A stretch of 64,000 nucleotides of DNA from Candidatus Marinacidobacterales bacterium (lineage in GTDB: Bacteria; Acidobacteriota; Vicinamibacteria; Marinacidobacterales; DATDRI01), in contig CBDCNP010000002.1 of assembly GCA_965219415.1 (NCBI GenBank), forward strand, positions 3,648,001-3,712,000, read 5' to 3'. Positions 1 to 11,293 of this stretch are shown one piece after another. Each line of letters begins with the position of its first letter. Positions within the stretch are counted from its first letter, which is position 1. The position numbers and the translations under genes are program-made. The notes beneath the pieces are model-generated. The model did not search any database, was not told where the DNA came from, and saw nothing but the letters and a program-made list of their open reading frames with translations.

Positions 1-502
1 TGCCAATGCCGAATGCCAGTGCTCCGAATGCTCCGTGCGTGCTGGTGTGGCTGTCCCCGCAAACGATCGTCATTCCCGGCTGCGTGGCCCCAAGCTCGGG
101 ACCAATGACGTGCACGATCCCCTGGCGCTCGTCGCCCAGCGGGAAGAGACGGACACCGAACTCCTCACAGTTGTGCTGTAACTGCCGCACCTGAGCTTCT
201 GTCTGTGGATTCGAAAAGACGACTTGGCCGCCCTTCTCGAGGGGGGTCGTCGGCGTCGAGTGATCCATCGTCGCCACCGTCCGTTCCGGGCGACGAATGG
301 GCAAACCCCTTCGGCGGAGTAGCTCGAACGCCTGGGGCGAGGTGACTTCGTGAACTAAATGAAGATCGATATAGAGAAGTGCAGGAGTATCTTCGACTTC
401 CGAACGAACGAGATGCGAATCCCAGACCTTACCGAAGAGCGTGCGATTGGTGCCTTTCTCCCCTTTGATCTCTCGGTTCTCCCCGTTAGCGGCTAGCGAC
501 AT
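1..502 (-). CDS. leuC: 3-isopropylmalate dehydratase large subunit, 5' part (runs off window edge)
   Basis: Not in ORF track. Manual translation from ATG at 502 (overlaps leuA end): [32 protein letters not shown]...[18 protein letters not shown]...[40 protein letters not shown]. Confidence 0.95.
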   Translation of the reverse strand, partial: MSLAANGENREIKGEKGTNRTLFGKVWDSHLVRSEVEDTPALLYIDLHLVHEVTSPQAFELLRRRGLPIRRPERTVATMDHSTPTTPLEKGGQVVFSNPQTEAQVRQLQHNCEEFGVRLFPLGDERQGIVHVIGPELGATQPGMTIVCGDSHTSTHGAFGALAFGIG

Positions 503-2045
503 TGGCGAGCTCGGTACTCTGGGCGCTCTCGTTGGCCAAGCGGTTGATCACTCTGAGAAACGCGCGCGCACTGGCCTCCATGATGTCCTGGCTGGCCGCA
601 CGACCCCGATGACGCTGTCCCCGATGCTCGACTTCCACCGTCACCTCGCCCTGAGTGTCGGCTCCTGACCCTACACTGCGAATCTGGTAGTCCTTGAGCT
701 GGGCCTCGACGCCAGTCACGCGCTCGATAGCTTTGAACACTGCGTCGACTGGACCCGCTCCACAGGCGGCCTCACGGCGTTGCTCGCCGGCCGAGTGCTG
801 GAGAAAAACCGTCGCGGTGGAAACATCCGCGGTGCCTGTGCTCACGTGCAGATCCTTGATGTCCCAGATAGCGGATACCTCCTCCATCCGGTTGTCGATG
901 AGGCCCTCGATGTCGGCATCGTGGATATCCTTCTTCCTGTCCGCGAGCTTCTTGAATTCTCGAAAGACGCTGTTGAGCTGCATTTCACCCAGGTGGTAGC
1001 CCATCTCCGCCAAGCGCTCCCGGAACGCGTGTCGCCCACTGTGCTTGCCGAGCACCAGGTTGCTCTTGCTGAAACCAACGTCTTCCGGCTTCATGATCTC
1101 GTAGGTCAGACGATTCTGAAGGACGCCGTGCTGGTGGATACCTGCCTCATGAGCGAACGCGTTTTGGCCGACAATCGCTTTGTTTCGCTGTACGTGGATC
1201 CCGGTAACCTGTGCCACCAAACGGCTGGTCGGATAGAGACCCTTGGTTTGGACCCCGGTGGTGACCTTGAAGTAGTCGTGCCGTGTTCGAATGGCCATGA
1301 CCAGTTCTTCAAGGGAGCAATTACCAGCACGTTCGCCAATTCCGTTGATGGTGCATTCGACTTGCCTCGCCCCCTCGCCCACCGCGGCGAGACTATTGGC
1401 AACCGCGAGGCCCAGGTCGTTGTGACAATGGACGCTGATGATGGCGTCGTCTATGTTGGGCACATTCTGTTTGAGGTGCCGAATGAGGCTGGCGAACTGC
1501 TCGGGCATCGCGTAGCCCACGGTGTCCGGGATATTGACCGTACTCGCCCCAGCTTCGATCGCTTTCTCGACGACTTCCGACAGGAAATCCGGCTCGGTAC
1601 GCGCCGCATCTTCGGGAGAGAACTCAACATCCTCACAATACTCACGAGCCCGCTGGACGCTCTCGACCGCCCGCCGGACGATCTCTTCCTTCGCCATCTG
1701 AAGCTTGAACTCCCGGTGGATGGCACTCGTGGCCAGGAAAACATGGATACGAGCTCGAGGTGCGTCGCGCAATGCGTCCCACGCGCGGTCGATGTCCTCG
1801 TTGTTGCAACGAGCGAGGCCGGCGACGGTCGGACCTTCCACTTCTCGAGCGATCGCTCGCACCGCTTCGAAGTCTCCAGGGGACGCAATCGGGAAGCCGC
1901 CCTCGATGATATCGACGCCGAGGTCGCGAAGCGCGTGCGCAACCTGGAGCTTTTCCTCCAGATTCATGCTGGCGCCGGGGGACTGTTCGCCGTCTCTCAG
2001 GGTGGTGTCGAAAATGATGACGCGATTCGAAGCTTCTTTCTTCAT
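486..2045 (-). CDS. leuA: 2-isopropylmalate synthase
   Basis: [31 protein letters not shown] motifs; C-terminal regulatory domain (GxGPVDA); adjacent to leuC. Confidence 0.97.
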   Translation of the reverse strand: MKKEASNRVIIFDTTLRDGEQSPGASMNLEEKLQVAHALRDLGVDIIEGGFPIASPGDFEAVRAIAREVEGPTVAGLARCNNEDIDRAWDALRDAPRARIHVFLATSAIHREFKLQMAKEEIVRRAVESVQRAREYCEDVEFSPEDAARTEPDFLSEVVEKAIEAGASTVNIPDTVGYAMPEQFASLIRHLKQNVPNIDDAIISVHCHNDLGLAVANSLAAVGEGARQVECTINGIGERAGNCSLEELVMAIRTRHDYFKVTTGVQTKGLYPTSRLVAQVTGIHVQRNKAIVGQNAFAHEAGIHQHGVLQNRLTYEIMKPEDVGFSKSNLVLGKHSGRHAFRERLAEMGYHLGEMQLNSVFREFKKLADRKKDIHDADIEGLIDNRMEEVSAIWDIKDLHVSTGTADVSTATVFLQHSAGEQRREAACGAGPVDAVFKAIERVTGVEAQLKDYQIRSVGSGADTQGEVTVEVEHRGQRHRGRAASQDIMEASARAFLRVINRLANESAQSTELANVASR

Positions 2046-2160
2046 CTCGTCGACTCTCTCGTTATCATCGAAGTGACTTATCCCCTTAATTATCAGCGGA
2101 ATAGGAGCGCCCTTCGGTATGATTGTTACTGGCCGTACAGCAAGTTACTGACCGCTCGGT

Positions 2161-2189
2161 AATGTACACCGGCGCGAGGGTATTGTCAA
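2161..2189 (-). promoter_or_regulatory. sigma70-type promoter of the leu operon
   Basis: Minus strand TTGACA-N17-TACATT about 115 bp upstream of leuA start. Confidence 0.7.
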
Positions 2190-2205
2190 GCGGGGGTCGG
2201 GGCCA

Positions 2206-3209
2206 TCAGGGGTTGAAATCTCGCGGGCCGGGCTGCTGATGCCCGAGGATCGCATGCGGCCGGTAGGGGCCTCGAGGCGGGAGATCTCGTCATCCGTGAG
2301 GTCGATGTCCACGGCCGCCGCTAGCTCTTCCAAGTGCGACACGCGGGTCGCACCGATGATGGGAGCAGCGACACCAGGAACCGATAGAAGCCAGGCAAGC
2401 GCGATCTGAGCCGCCTTGAGCTCTCGCGCTTTGGCGACTTCCAGCAGAGCGTCGAGCACGTCGAAGTCTTCCTCTTTGAAGTACATCTCGTCCGCGTACG
2501 AGTCGGACTCGCTTCGGCGGGTCGTCTTGCTCTCCCTGGTCCGGCTTCCGGTCAGGAAACCGCGCGCCAGAGGGCTCCACGGAATCACCCCAACGCCCTG
2601 GTCCAGACAGAGTGGAATCGTCTCTCGCTCTTCCTCCCGGTAGACCAAATTGTAGTGGTTTTGCATGGCTACGAATCGGTGCCACCCGTTTCGATCGGCC
2701 GTAGAGAGCGCTTTCGCGAACTGCCACGCAGACATGCTGCTTGCACCGAGGTAGCGAACCTTGCCGGCACGGACCAGGGAGTCCAAGGCATCGAGGGGTT
2801 CCTCGATGGGAGTCTCCGGGTCCCACCGGTGAATTTGATAGAGATCGATATAATCGAGGCCCAGTCTCTTAAGGGAAGCGTCGCAGGCCGAGATGACACG
2901 CTTACGCGACAGGCCGCCACGGTTCGGTCCCTTGCTAAATGGGAAGAAAAGCTTGGTGGCAAGGACATAATCCTCGCGGGACGCCATCTCTCGAAGATAT
3001 TTTCCGGTAACCTCTTCACTCACACCCTTGGAATACATGTCCGCTGTGTCGAAGAAGTTGATCCCCAGATCGAAGGCTTTCTTGAAGTGCTCGCGCGCTT
3101 CCTCGACCCCAAGGATCCACGGACGCCATTCCGGATCTCCATAGGTCATACAGCCAAGGCTCAAACGGGATACCTGGAGTCCGGTGTTGCCAAGATGAAC
3201 GTATTTCAC
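2206..3209 (-). CDS. aldo/keto reductase (frameshift near 3' end, ~2268)
   Basis: LGNTGLQVSRLSLGCMTYG, FFDTADMY, LYQIHRWD, PWSPLARG. Restoring one C in the C-run gives the usual C-terminus EAPYRPHAILGH...stop at 2206. Confidence 0.88.
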
Positions 3210-3216
3210 TTCCGCC

Positions 3217-5154
3217 CTACTCCGCTTCCGATTTCTTGCCGAGAGCAAAAAGAACGCCGGTCATGACTGCCACGCCCACTAGTATCGAGATCCATGGAGA
3301 AAGTCCGTAAGCCGAAGGTATATCGCCCACCAGGATACCGACGGTAGCCGCCAACAACGCGTAGGGAAGCTGGGTGCGAACGTGGTCAACATGATCCGCC
3401 CCCGACGACATGGAGCTGAGGATTGTCGTATCCGAGATGGGTGAACAGTGATCTCCGAAAACGGCTCCTGCCAGGACCGAGCTGACCGACCCCAACAACA
3501 CGGTTTCCGCTTGGGCGGCGCTCAACTGCGCCTCGATGCCGAGCGCGTTGACGAGTGGAATGACCAGGGGCATGAGAATGGCCATTGTGGCCCAGCTCGT
3601 TCCAGTCGCAAAGCTCATCAACGCAGCGATCAAGAACGTCAGAGATGGAACCCAGAAGGGCGAAAGGTTTCCGCGCATTTGCTGGATCAGGTAATCCGCG
3701 GTGTGTAGCTCCTCCGCCAGCGAACCGATAGACCAAGCAAGAATGAGGATGACGATCCCAAGCAGGAGGAACTTCATACCTTGTAACAGGGCATTGATCG
3801 CTTGAGTGATGCTCAAGATGCGCTGAGTCAGCGACATGAAAATCGCAACAACGCAGCCCGAAAGAGACGCCCACAGCAGCGCAACATAAGAGTCCGCACT
3901 GCTAACGATTTGCCCGAGACCGTATTCACTCGTACCGTCGGCTTGCAAGGCTTGTATTCCAGTCCAATAGATCCCGAACATACCCACCAAAATGATGGAA
4001 ATAATTGGGACCAGTCCGTTGTACCACCGTGCCGGCGCGTCGCCGCCGAGCTCCGGAGTGTCTTCGCTAATCTCCATGACCGGCTGGGCACCGTCGCGCA
4101 GCACCTTACCCGTCCGGCGGGCACGGCGCTCCGCGGTGAGCATCGGTCCAAAGTCTCTGCCCGTGGAAGCTATGAGGAGAGCCAAAACGAGCGCGAAAAT
4201 GGGGTAGAAGCGATACGGTATGCTGCGAACGAATACCGCATAGGCGTCGAGCGGTGAATCGATCATCGCTAGCGCCTGCTGAATCAAGCCGACCTCGTAA
4301 CCGATCCATGTGGAAATAAGGAAAAGGCTCGCTACCGTGGCGGCGCCGGTATCCACGTAAAAAGACAGCTTTTCTCTCGAGATTCGAAGTTTGTCGGTAA
4401 TCGGTCGCAACAGGTTGCCGCGAATGAGCACGTTCGAGTAGTCGTCGAAAAACAAGACGATGGCGGTGAGCCAAGCGGCGAGCTCGCCGCCGCGTGCTGT
4501 TTTCGCGTAACGAGTGATGACGTTGGCGATTCCCCTCGCGCCACCGTTGCGGGCAATAAGCCCCATGACGCCACCGAAGAGCATGCTGAAGACCATGATC
4601 TGAACATTGGTCTTGTTGGTCATGGAGTTGACGATGTAGTGGTCCAAGACACGAAAGAACCCACCTATGATGTCGAAATCGAAGACGAATACCGCACCCA
4701 ACCAAATACCGGAATAGAGCGAGATCACCACCTGGCGAAAAATGAGCGCCATAGCGATGGCGAGTAGCGGGGGGAGAATACTGAGGAGACCGGGAATGAC
4801 TCGCAACGACTTTTTCGACGAAACCTCCGCGTCTCGTACCTCGAGCACTAAGGTCCCGCTCTTGCCAACGACCGCATCGGTGATGACGAGCTTACCTTCC
4901 TCGAAATTCGGCTGGATCCGTCCATCGTCACGTTGGATACCAGTCACGGTGGGAGCACCCCGATAGGCAGGAATCACCGCGCCTTCGCCATCCACCGCTC
5001 TGATCTCGACCGGGAATCGCACTCCGGTGAGAACGAGCTCAGGTGCTTCGATCTCGAATCCCTCCACGGCTGTTTCCTGTGCCTCGGAAGCGCCCGCGAA
5101 CCAAGCCATCGCTAGTAGAAACGGGAGCGACCCGCGAAGCATCACTTTCTTCAT
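3217..5154 (-). CDS. Na+/H+ antiporter NhaC family membrane transporter
   Basis: Signal peptide, many TM segments, FFDDYSN, FATGTSWATM, GDHCSPISDTT, HVRTQLPY motifs. Confidence 0.9.
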   Translation of the reverse strand: MKKVMLRGSLPFLLAMAWFAGASEAQETAVEGFEIEAPELVLTGVRFPVEIRAVDGEGAVIPAYRGAPTVTGIQRDDGRIQPNFEEGKLVITDAVVGKSGTLVLEVRDAEVSSKKSLRVIPGLLSILPPLLAIAMALIFRQVVISLYSGIWLGAVFVFDFDIIGGFFRVLDHYIVNSMTNKTNVQIMVFSMLFGGVMGLIARNGGARGIANVITRYAKTARGGELAAWLTAIVLFFDDYSNVLIRGNLLRPITDKLRISREKLSFYVDTGAATVASLFLISTWIGYEVGLIQQALAMIDSPLDAYAVFVRSIPYRFYPIFALVLALLIASTGRDFGPMLTAERRARRTGKVLRDGAQPVMEISEDTPELGGDAPARWYNGLVPIISIILVGMFGIYWTGIQALQADGTSEYGLGQIVSSADSYVALLWASLSGCVVAIFMSLTQRILSITQAINALLQGMKFLLLGIVILILAWSIGSLAEELHTADYLIQQMRGNLSPFWVPSLTFLIAALMSFATGTSWATMAILMPLVIPLVNALGIEAQLSAAQAETVLLGSVSSVLAGAVFGDHCSPISDTTILSSMSSGADHVDHVRTQLPYALLAATVGILVGDIPSAYGLSPWISILVGVAVMTGVLFALGKKSEAE

Positions 5155-5178
5155 ACCTGCTGGAGTCCTTCCTGCGCG

Positions 5179-5937
5179 CTATGCGCTCATACCGAAGTGG
5201 GTTTGGAGCGCCTCTTCCCATTCAGCCCGCTCGCGAATGGGAATTTCTTGCTTGGTGCTTCCGTGGGTCGTGACGAGTCGATCGGGCAGAAGCGTGACCC
5301 GTCCGTCCGGGAGCGCCTTCGAGCAGATGGTGTTCTGCGTGAAATGGGAATGAGGGGACGTCTGGTGATAACGGCAACCGTCCGTGAAATCTTCGAGCTT
5401 CCGCGGTTCCAGGGTGAAGCGGTATTGGGGCTGGAAGATCGCTGCACCTTCGGGCTGGCGGTCCAAGAACCACCAGTCCTCTTGTTGGCGTAGGCGGTAG
5501 ACGTGGCCGAGCTGCGCTACCTCCGCAACGGCGTCTAAGACCAGCGGATGGCGAAAAGAGTCCCCGAAACCAACGTCGGCAAGAAACGGGCGATCGAGTT
5601 CCACGCGGAGGGTCATATGGTCGAATGGAATCCCCCATGTGCCGTCCGGCTTCGCCACTTCGGCGGCGAGGACACGGACCTCGAAACCGAGATGTCGCAG
5701 GAGCCAGGCAAAGGCAGTGTTGAGCTCGTAGCAAAATCCTCCGCGGCAGTCGGTCACGATCTTTCGCAGGATTCGCTCTTCGTTCATTTCGATGGGTACG
5801 CCTCGGTGAATATCGAGGTTCTCGAAGGGAATCGTTAAGAGATGGCGCTCATGGACCCGCCGAAGCACGTCCAGGTCGGGGTCCCCGGCTCTCTCAAGGT
5901 CGAGCCGGCTCAGGTAGCTTTGAACATCCATCGGCAT
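5179..5937 (-). CDS. arylamine N-acetyltransferase
   Basis: IPFENLDI, RGGFCYELN (catalytic Cys), DHM, DVGFG. Confidence 0.93.
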   Translation of the reverse strand: MPMDVQSYLSRLDLERAGDPDLDVLRRVHERHLLTIPFENLDIHRGVPIEMNEERILRKIVTDCRGGFCYELNTAFAWLLRHLGFEVRVLAAEVAKPDGTWGIPFDHMTLRVELDRPFLADVGFGDSFRHPLVLDAVAEVAQLGHVYRLRQQEDWWFLDRQPEGAAIFQPQYRFTLEPRKLEDFTDGCRYHQTSPHSHFTQNTICSKALPDGRVTLLPDRLVTTHGSTKQEIPIRERAEWEEALQTHFGMSA

Positions 5938-6074
5938 TCCAGGAGCGCGGGCATCATACCGACCCGCAGGGCCGCATGTCCAGTCCCCTCAGGGGTTTCC
6001 GACGACGGGTCTCGGCGTCCTTGAGCGGGCGAACGTAGGCGAGGGATACTATAGCCGTTGATTGGTTGGGACAC

Positions 6075-7127
6075 ATGAAACGCCGAACCCGACGCTCCAA
6101 GAAACCAAAGACCGGTCCGTCTCAATGGGAACACCTGCCCGAGAAAGATTTGCTTGCGCTGAGGCTTAGAGACCTTGGCCTCACGATCGAAGGTACGGTA
6201 CTCGAGGAACGGATCGAGCAAGTGTGTTGGGAGCTCGACGAACGGGGCATCCGTTTCCGACCCCACTTTTGGCCTTCCGACGACTGGTTTACCCCGGACG
6301 GTGTTCCCGGCATTGCCATCCCGTTCTACCTAGCCCACCCTCGACTGGCTCAGCTCGAACGGGCCAAGATGCTTGAGGTGGAAGGCGGAACCCCACGCTC
6401 CTGCCTTCGTATCCTCCGGCACGAGGCCGGGCACGCCATCGACAACGCTTACGGCTTGAGACGGCGGCGCCATCGCATCGAGCTCTTCGGAAAGTCGTCG
6501 GAGCCCTATCCCGACCATTACTCTCCTCGTCCCTATAGCAAGAGCTACGTGATCCATCTAGACTCGTGGTACGCACAGAGCCATCCCGACGAGGACTTCG
6601 CCGAGACCTTCGCGGTCTGGTTGAACCCTGAATCCGAATGGCGCAAGAGGTATTCGGGTTGGCGCGCGCTGGCAAAACTGGAGTACATGGACGAGCTCAT
6701 GCGGGAGGTCATTGCGAGCAAACCGAAGGTCAAAACGCGTCGCCGGCTGGACCCTCTGTCTCGCCTCCGCAAGACCTTGGGCAAGCACTACGAGGAAAAG
6801 CGAGAGCGCTATCAGGTGGACTATCCGAAATTCTGCGATCGAGACCTCCGGCAACTCTTTTCGGACGCTCCCGAGTACCAGACCAATACACCCGCCGCAA
6901 CTTTCTTGTCCAAGAAGCGCAAGGAAGTACGACGCAGCGTCGCGCGGTGGACGGGCGCTTACCAATATACTATCGACCAAGTACTGGCAGACATGATAAG
7001 ACGCTGTCGGGAGCTGAAGCTGCGGGTTGTGAAACCCGAGGCGGAAACGACTTTCGATTTTACCGTCCTTCTCACCGTGCAAACCATGAACTATCTTCAC
7101 AGCGGCCGACATCGATTGAGTCTATGA
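6075..7127 (+). CDS. putative zinc-binding metallopeptidase
   Basis: HEAGH (HExxH) plus YAQSHPDEDFAETF; stop overlaps next start (ATGA). Confidence 0.8.
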   Translation: MKRRTRRSKKPKTGPSQWEHLPEKDLLALRLRDLGLTIEGTVLEERIEQVCWELDERGIRFRPHFWPSDDWFTPDGVPGIAIPFYLAHPRLAQLERAKMLEVEGGTPRSCLRILRHEAGHAIDNAYGLRRRRHRIELFGKSSEPYPDHYSPRPYSKSYVIHLDSWYAQSHPDEDFAETFAVWLNPESEWRKRYSGWRALAKLEYMDELMREVIASKPKVKTRRRLDPLSRLRKTLGKHYEEKRERYQVDYPKFCDRDLRQLFSDAPEYQTNTPAATFLSKKRKEVRRSVARWTGAYQYTIDQVLADMIRRCRELKLRVVKPEAETTFDFTVLLTVQTMNYLHSGRHRLSL

Positions 7128-8146
7128 AAACGTACCGCATCCTTGCGCTCATGCACGAAGGTTTGGTTCCCCCCGACGATATTAGCGGCCACGACGTCGC
7201 CGCTGTCGAATGGAAGATGGAGTATGACGTCATCAGTACCTTGGAAGAGATCGGGCACGAGGTTCACCGACTGGGCGTGGGCAGTAATCTCGGCGCGATC
7301 CGAAAAGCGATCCACGATTTCAAGCCTCACATCGTCTTCAACCTATTGGAGGACTTCGACGATGTGGCTATCTACGACCAGAACGTGGTGAGCTACCTCG
7401 AGCTCATCAAGACGCCCTACACCGGCTGCAATCCGCGGGGCCTGATGTTGGCCCGGGACAAAGCGATCTCCAAGCAACTCCTTACGTACCACCGCGTCGC
7501 CGTTCCCGACTTCCATGTCTTCCGGCGAGGAAAGGGGGTCCGAAAACCGAAGCGGCTCTCTTTTCCTCTGATCGTCAAGTCTCTTATTTTGGAGGGCTCG
7601 GCGGGCATCTCCCAGGCTTCCGTGGTCGGAGATCAGGAGCGACTCAAAGAGAGGGTTCAGTTTATCCATGAAACCTTCGAAACCGATGCTATTGTGGAGC
7701 ACTACATCGACGGGCGAGAGTTTTACGTGGGCGTGATGGGCAACCAGCGCCTGCAGGTGCTTCCAGTGTGGGAGCTTCGTTTCACGAACCTGGCCGTTGA
7801 CGTGCGCCCCATCGCAACCGGCCGCGTGAAGTGGAACACCCGTTATCAGAAAAAGCATGGGGTGAGGACCGGGGCGGTGAAGGACCTGCCGGATGAGAAG
7901 CGAGCAGCGATACAACATCTGTGCAAACGGGTTTACCGGATACTGGGTCTCAACGGGTACGCGCGGCTCGATCTCAGACTCGACCAGAACGGAAAAGTCC
8001 ACGTCCTAGAGGCGAACCCGAACCCCCAACTAGCTTACGGCGAGGACTTCGCCGAATCGGCGGAAAAAGCCGGGATCAGCTACGAGGAGCTCATGCAGCG
8101 AATCATCACCCTAGGGCGGCGCTGGCAGCCGGAGCGATATCGATGA
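7124..8146 (+). CDS. ATP-grasp ligase, D-Ala-D-Ala ligase-like
   Basis: PYTG, DKAISK, FPLIVK, GSAGIS, EHYIDGRE, GYARLDLR, LEANPNP; true start at ATG 7124. Confidence 0.85.
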   Translation: MKTYRILALMHEGLVPPDDISGHDVAAVEWKMEYDVISTLEEIGHEVHRLGVGSNLGAIRKAIHDFKPHIVFNLLEDFDDVAIYDQNVVSYLELIKTPYTGCNPRGLMLARDKAISKQLLTYHRVAVPDFHVFRRGKGVRKPKRLSFPLIVKSLILEGSAGISQASVVGDQERLKERVQFIHETFETDAIVEHYIDGREFYVGVMGNQRLQVLPVWELRFTNLAVDVRPIATGRVKWNTRYQKKHGVRTGAVKDLPDEKRAAIQHLCKRVYRILGLNGYARLDLRLDQNGKVHVLEANPNPQLAYGEDFAESAEKAGISYEELMQRIITLGRRWQPERYR

Positions 8147-10027
8147 CGATCCACATGCGTTCGATCCCATACCGCCTCGCCTTTTTCATTGCATTCACGT
8201 TTTCAACACTATTCTCCTGCGGCCCTTATGGGAGTAGCTGGGAAGATCATGCCGGCTGGGTGCGCTTTCATTACGACAAGCAGGAGTACATGGTGCCCAT
8301 GCGGGACGGCGTGGAGCTCTTCACCATCGTCTATACGCCCAATAACAAAAAGGAGGCGCTCCCGATCCTCCTCTACCGAACACCGTACTCCATTGCGCCG
8401 TACGGCTCGGACGAGTTCCGGGATGTACTCGGACCTTCCCCCGAGTTCGATCGAGATGGCTACATATTCGCCTTCCAGGACGTCCGCGGGAAGTTCAAGT
8501 CGGAGGGAGAGTTCGCGGTTATCCGGCCGCTGGCCCCGAAACCCAAAGGGGCGACCGACGTCGACGAGAGCACCGACAATTTCGACACCATCGAGTGGCT
8601 TTTGGCAAACGAGGCAATAACGGGCGCGTCGGACAATGGGGGATCTCCTACTCCGGTTGGCAGACACTCATGGGCATGGTCGATGCGCATCCGGCGCTCG
8701 CCGCTTCGTCCCGCAGGCTTCGCCCTCCGATATGTTCATCGGCGACGACTGGCACCATAACGGTGCCTTCCGCATCATGTACGCGTTCTCCTGGCTTTCC
8801 CGGAATGCCCGTCGACGGGACGCTCCCACCGAGGAGCGGGCCGGTCCCTTCGACTACGGCACACCATCTGGATACGATTTTTTCCTCGACGCCGGAGCGG
8901 CGGCGCGGATCGACGAGCTCTATTTTCACGGAGACGTGCTCGCATGGAACGACTTCATGGAGCACGGCAACTACGACTACTATTGGCAACGACAGAACGC
9001 TCTCCAGAATCTTCATGGAATCGACCACGCAACACTGAACGTCGCGGGGTGGTTTGATACCGAGGATTTCTACGGCCCGATGTCGATCTACCACACCATC
9101 GAGGAGAAAAACCCAGGAATCGAGAACACGCTGACTGCGGGTCCGTGGCTTCACGGCGGCTGGCGTAGCATGGAAGGGGATCACCTGGGGTGCGTCGAGT
9201 TTGATTCGAAGACCTCTTTGTACTTCCAGCGCGAAGTACAGTTTCCTTTCTTTCAGCACCATCTCAAGGAAAAAGGAGATTGGGAGGCGTTGGAGGCGGT
9301 GGTTTTCGAGACCGGCTCGAACGAGTGGAAGCGCTATGACAGCTGGCCGCCCGAAGACTCGGAGAACACCAAGCTCTATTTGCGGGCCGACGGAAAACTA
9401 TCCTTCGAGGCGCCGACCGGCTCCGACGCCGATTCTTACGTGAGCGATCCAAACAAACCAGTACCCTTCTCCGCCGAGATCCGAACCACGCTGGGCCATT
9501 TGTGGAAGGTGGAGGATCAACGATTCGCGTCAACGCGCCCGGATGTGCTGGTCTACGAGTCAGACGTTCTGGAAAAGGATCTCACCATCGCCGGTCCGAT
9601 CCTCGCGAACATTTTCGTATCGACCACCGGAACGGGATCCGATTGGATCGTCAAATTGATCGACGTCTATCCCGGCGATGCACCTGCCAGCACCTTCTGC
9701 GATATACCGATGGGCGGTTTCCAAATGCACCTCGCCGGGGAGATCATGCGGGGGCGGTTTCGAAACAGTCTCGAGGATCCGCAGCCGATGAAGCCTGGCG
9801 AAGTCACGCCGATTGTCATCGATCTTCGCGACCGCTATCACACCTTCAAGGCCGGGCACAGCATTATGGTCCACATTCAGAGCTCGTGGTTCCCGGCCTA
9901 CGACCGGAACCCTCAAATTTACGTAGACATTTACCGGGCCCAACCGGAGGACTACCAATCCGCGACCCAGACGGTTTATCGCTCGGCCCAGTACCCCTCT
10001 CACCTCGTTTTAGGAGTGCTGCCTTAA
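8143..10027 (+). pseudogene. CocE/NonD family alpha-amino acid ester hydrolase, two frameshifts (~8610, ~8705)
   Basis: VPMRDGVEL, RTPY, QDVRGK, then GRVGQWGISYSG in a second frame, then GDDWHHNGAF...SSWFPAYDRNPQ in a third. Confidence 0.85.
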
Positions 10028-10032
10028 GGCAT

Positions 10033-10682
10033 TTACCTCCAACTGAGCGTGTCGAAACGTTCGCCGGCTTTCATGACTAGGTGAATCTTGTGCCACGCCC
10101 AGCGCTCTTCGAGCGGATTGGCCTGGAGTGATATCATGTCGGCGAGCTTGCCGGGCTCCAAGGTTCCGAGATCGTCACCTAAACCGATGTTTTGAGCGCC
10201 GACCGCGGTGCCGGCACGGATCGCATCCATCGGTGTGAAGCCGCCCTCGACCAAGAGCTCGATGGCGTTTCCAATGCCGCCGACGTAGAGCGGGTCCATC
10301 CCAAGACTAATAGGAACACCTGCCTCGAAGGCCGCCAGAACTTGGGTCTGTTGTGTCCGGATAGAAGGGGAGAAGTCGCGTCCCCGGCGGTTCTCGTCGA
10401 AGTCATCGTAGGGGCGATCTTCGGTCTCGACCTCCGGGTGAGCCTTTCGGTGCTCGAAATATTGTTTCTTTTCGAAATCGATCCAATCTCCCGGCCCGCG
10501 CGCACCGGTGTCCATGAACTCCCAAGTGGACTCGTCCGGTCGGAAGCCAACGTACACCAGCGGAGTGAAACAGACGGCGGTACCGCGCTCTAGCATCATG
10601 TCGATAATCTCCGGGGTCATGGGCCGGGCATGCTCGATGGTATCGACGCCGGCTAGAATGGCGGTCTTCATCGAACGGCCCC
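10033..10682 (-). pseudogene. amidohydrolase, C-terminal fragment only
   Basis: AGVDTIEHA, GFTPMDAIRAGT, GTLEPGKLADMI; N-terminal half absent and replaced by an opposite-strand C25 fragment. Confidence 0.8.
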
Positions 10683-11038
10683 ATCCCAACCTCACGAATG
10701 GGGACCGGCTGCCAGTGATCGCCGTGATGGGCTGCCACCTGGGCAATTACTGGTTGCCTGGCCATTCTTCACTCGCGGAAGACCTCGTGCTCCATCCCGA
10801 CGGTGGCGCGGCAGCGGTTTGGTCGCCTGCCGGGCTCTCCTACAATCCGCGACGACGGATCCTGGGGGAGGCCTATCTCCGCGCCGTCTATGAAGAGGGG
10901 GTCGATATTCTAGGCGACGCCGTCTTGCATGCCTTGTCCGTTGCCGCTACGAAACATGCAAGCGGACGGCGTGAGGTCCTGGAGACTCAGGTTCTCCTCG
11001 GCGACCCGGCGCTAAGACTGAAGAGCGCCCACCGATAA
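10683..11038 (+). pseudogene. peptidase C25 (gingipain-like) domain, C-terminal fragment
   Basis: LTNGDRLPVIAVMGCHLGNY...SLAEDLVLHPDGGAAAVWSPAG...LGDAV...LLGDPALRL matches the C25 C-terminal pattern; no start or N-terminus. Confidence 0.75.
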
Positions 11039-11105
11039 CGGAAAGTTATGCGGCCATAATGACTCTTTCCAACAAACCACACATAGCAGCGGGAGAGCAG
11101 ATGGA

Positions 11106-11285
11106 ATGACGAAACCGGATAAGCCTTCCGAACCCCAACCAGAAGAGAATTCCGGCGAGCAGCGAGACAAGAAAAAGCCCTACCAGAGGCCACGGGTGAC
11201 TTTTCGGGAACCTCTCGAGGGTGTAGCCTCCATTTGTAATCCTCCCGGCAAAGGCGCCCCACCTTGCGAGTTCGCTTCTTCCTAA
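11106..11285 (+). CDS. putative RiPP precursor peptide (59 aa)
   Basis: Below ORF-track cutoff. MTKPDKPSEPQPEENSGEQRDKKKPYQRPRVTFREPLEGVASICNPPGKGAPPCEFASS; upstream GGGAGAG RBS; KKPYxxP RRE-binding motif; first gene of the maturase operon. Confidence 0.85.
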   Translation: MTKPDKPSEPQPEENSGEQRDKKKPYQRPRVTFREPLEGVASICNPPGKGAPPCEFASS

Positions 11286-11293
11286 GCGAGACT

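Noticed and set aside
2046-2160. Leucine attenuator or T-box upstream of leuA
   Set aside because: No Leu-rich leader peptide, terminator or T-box consensus visible.
780-2162. Long antisense ORFs (also 55548-56621 and others)
   Set aside because: Shadow frames of real genes in GC-rich DNA.
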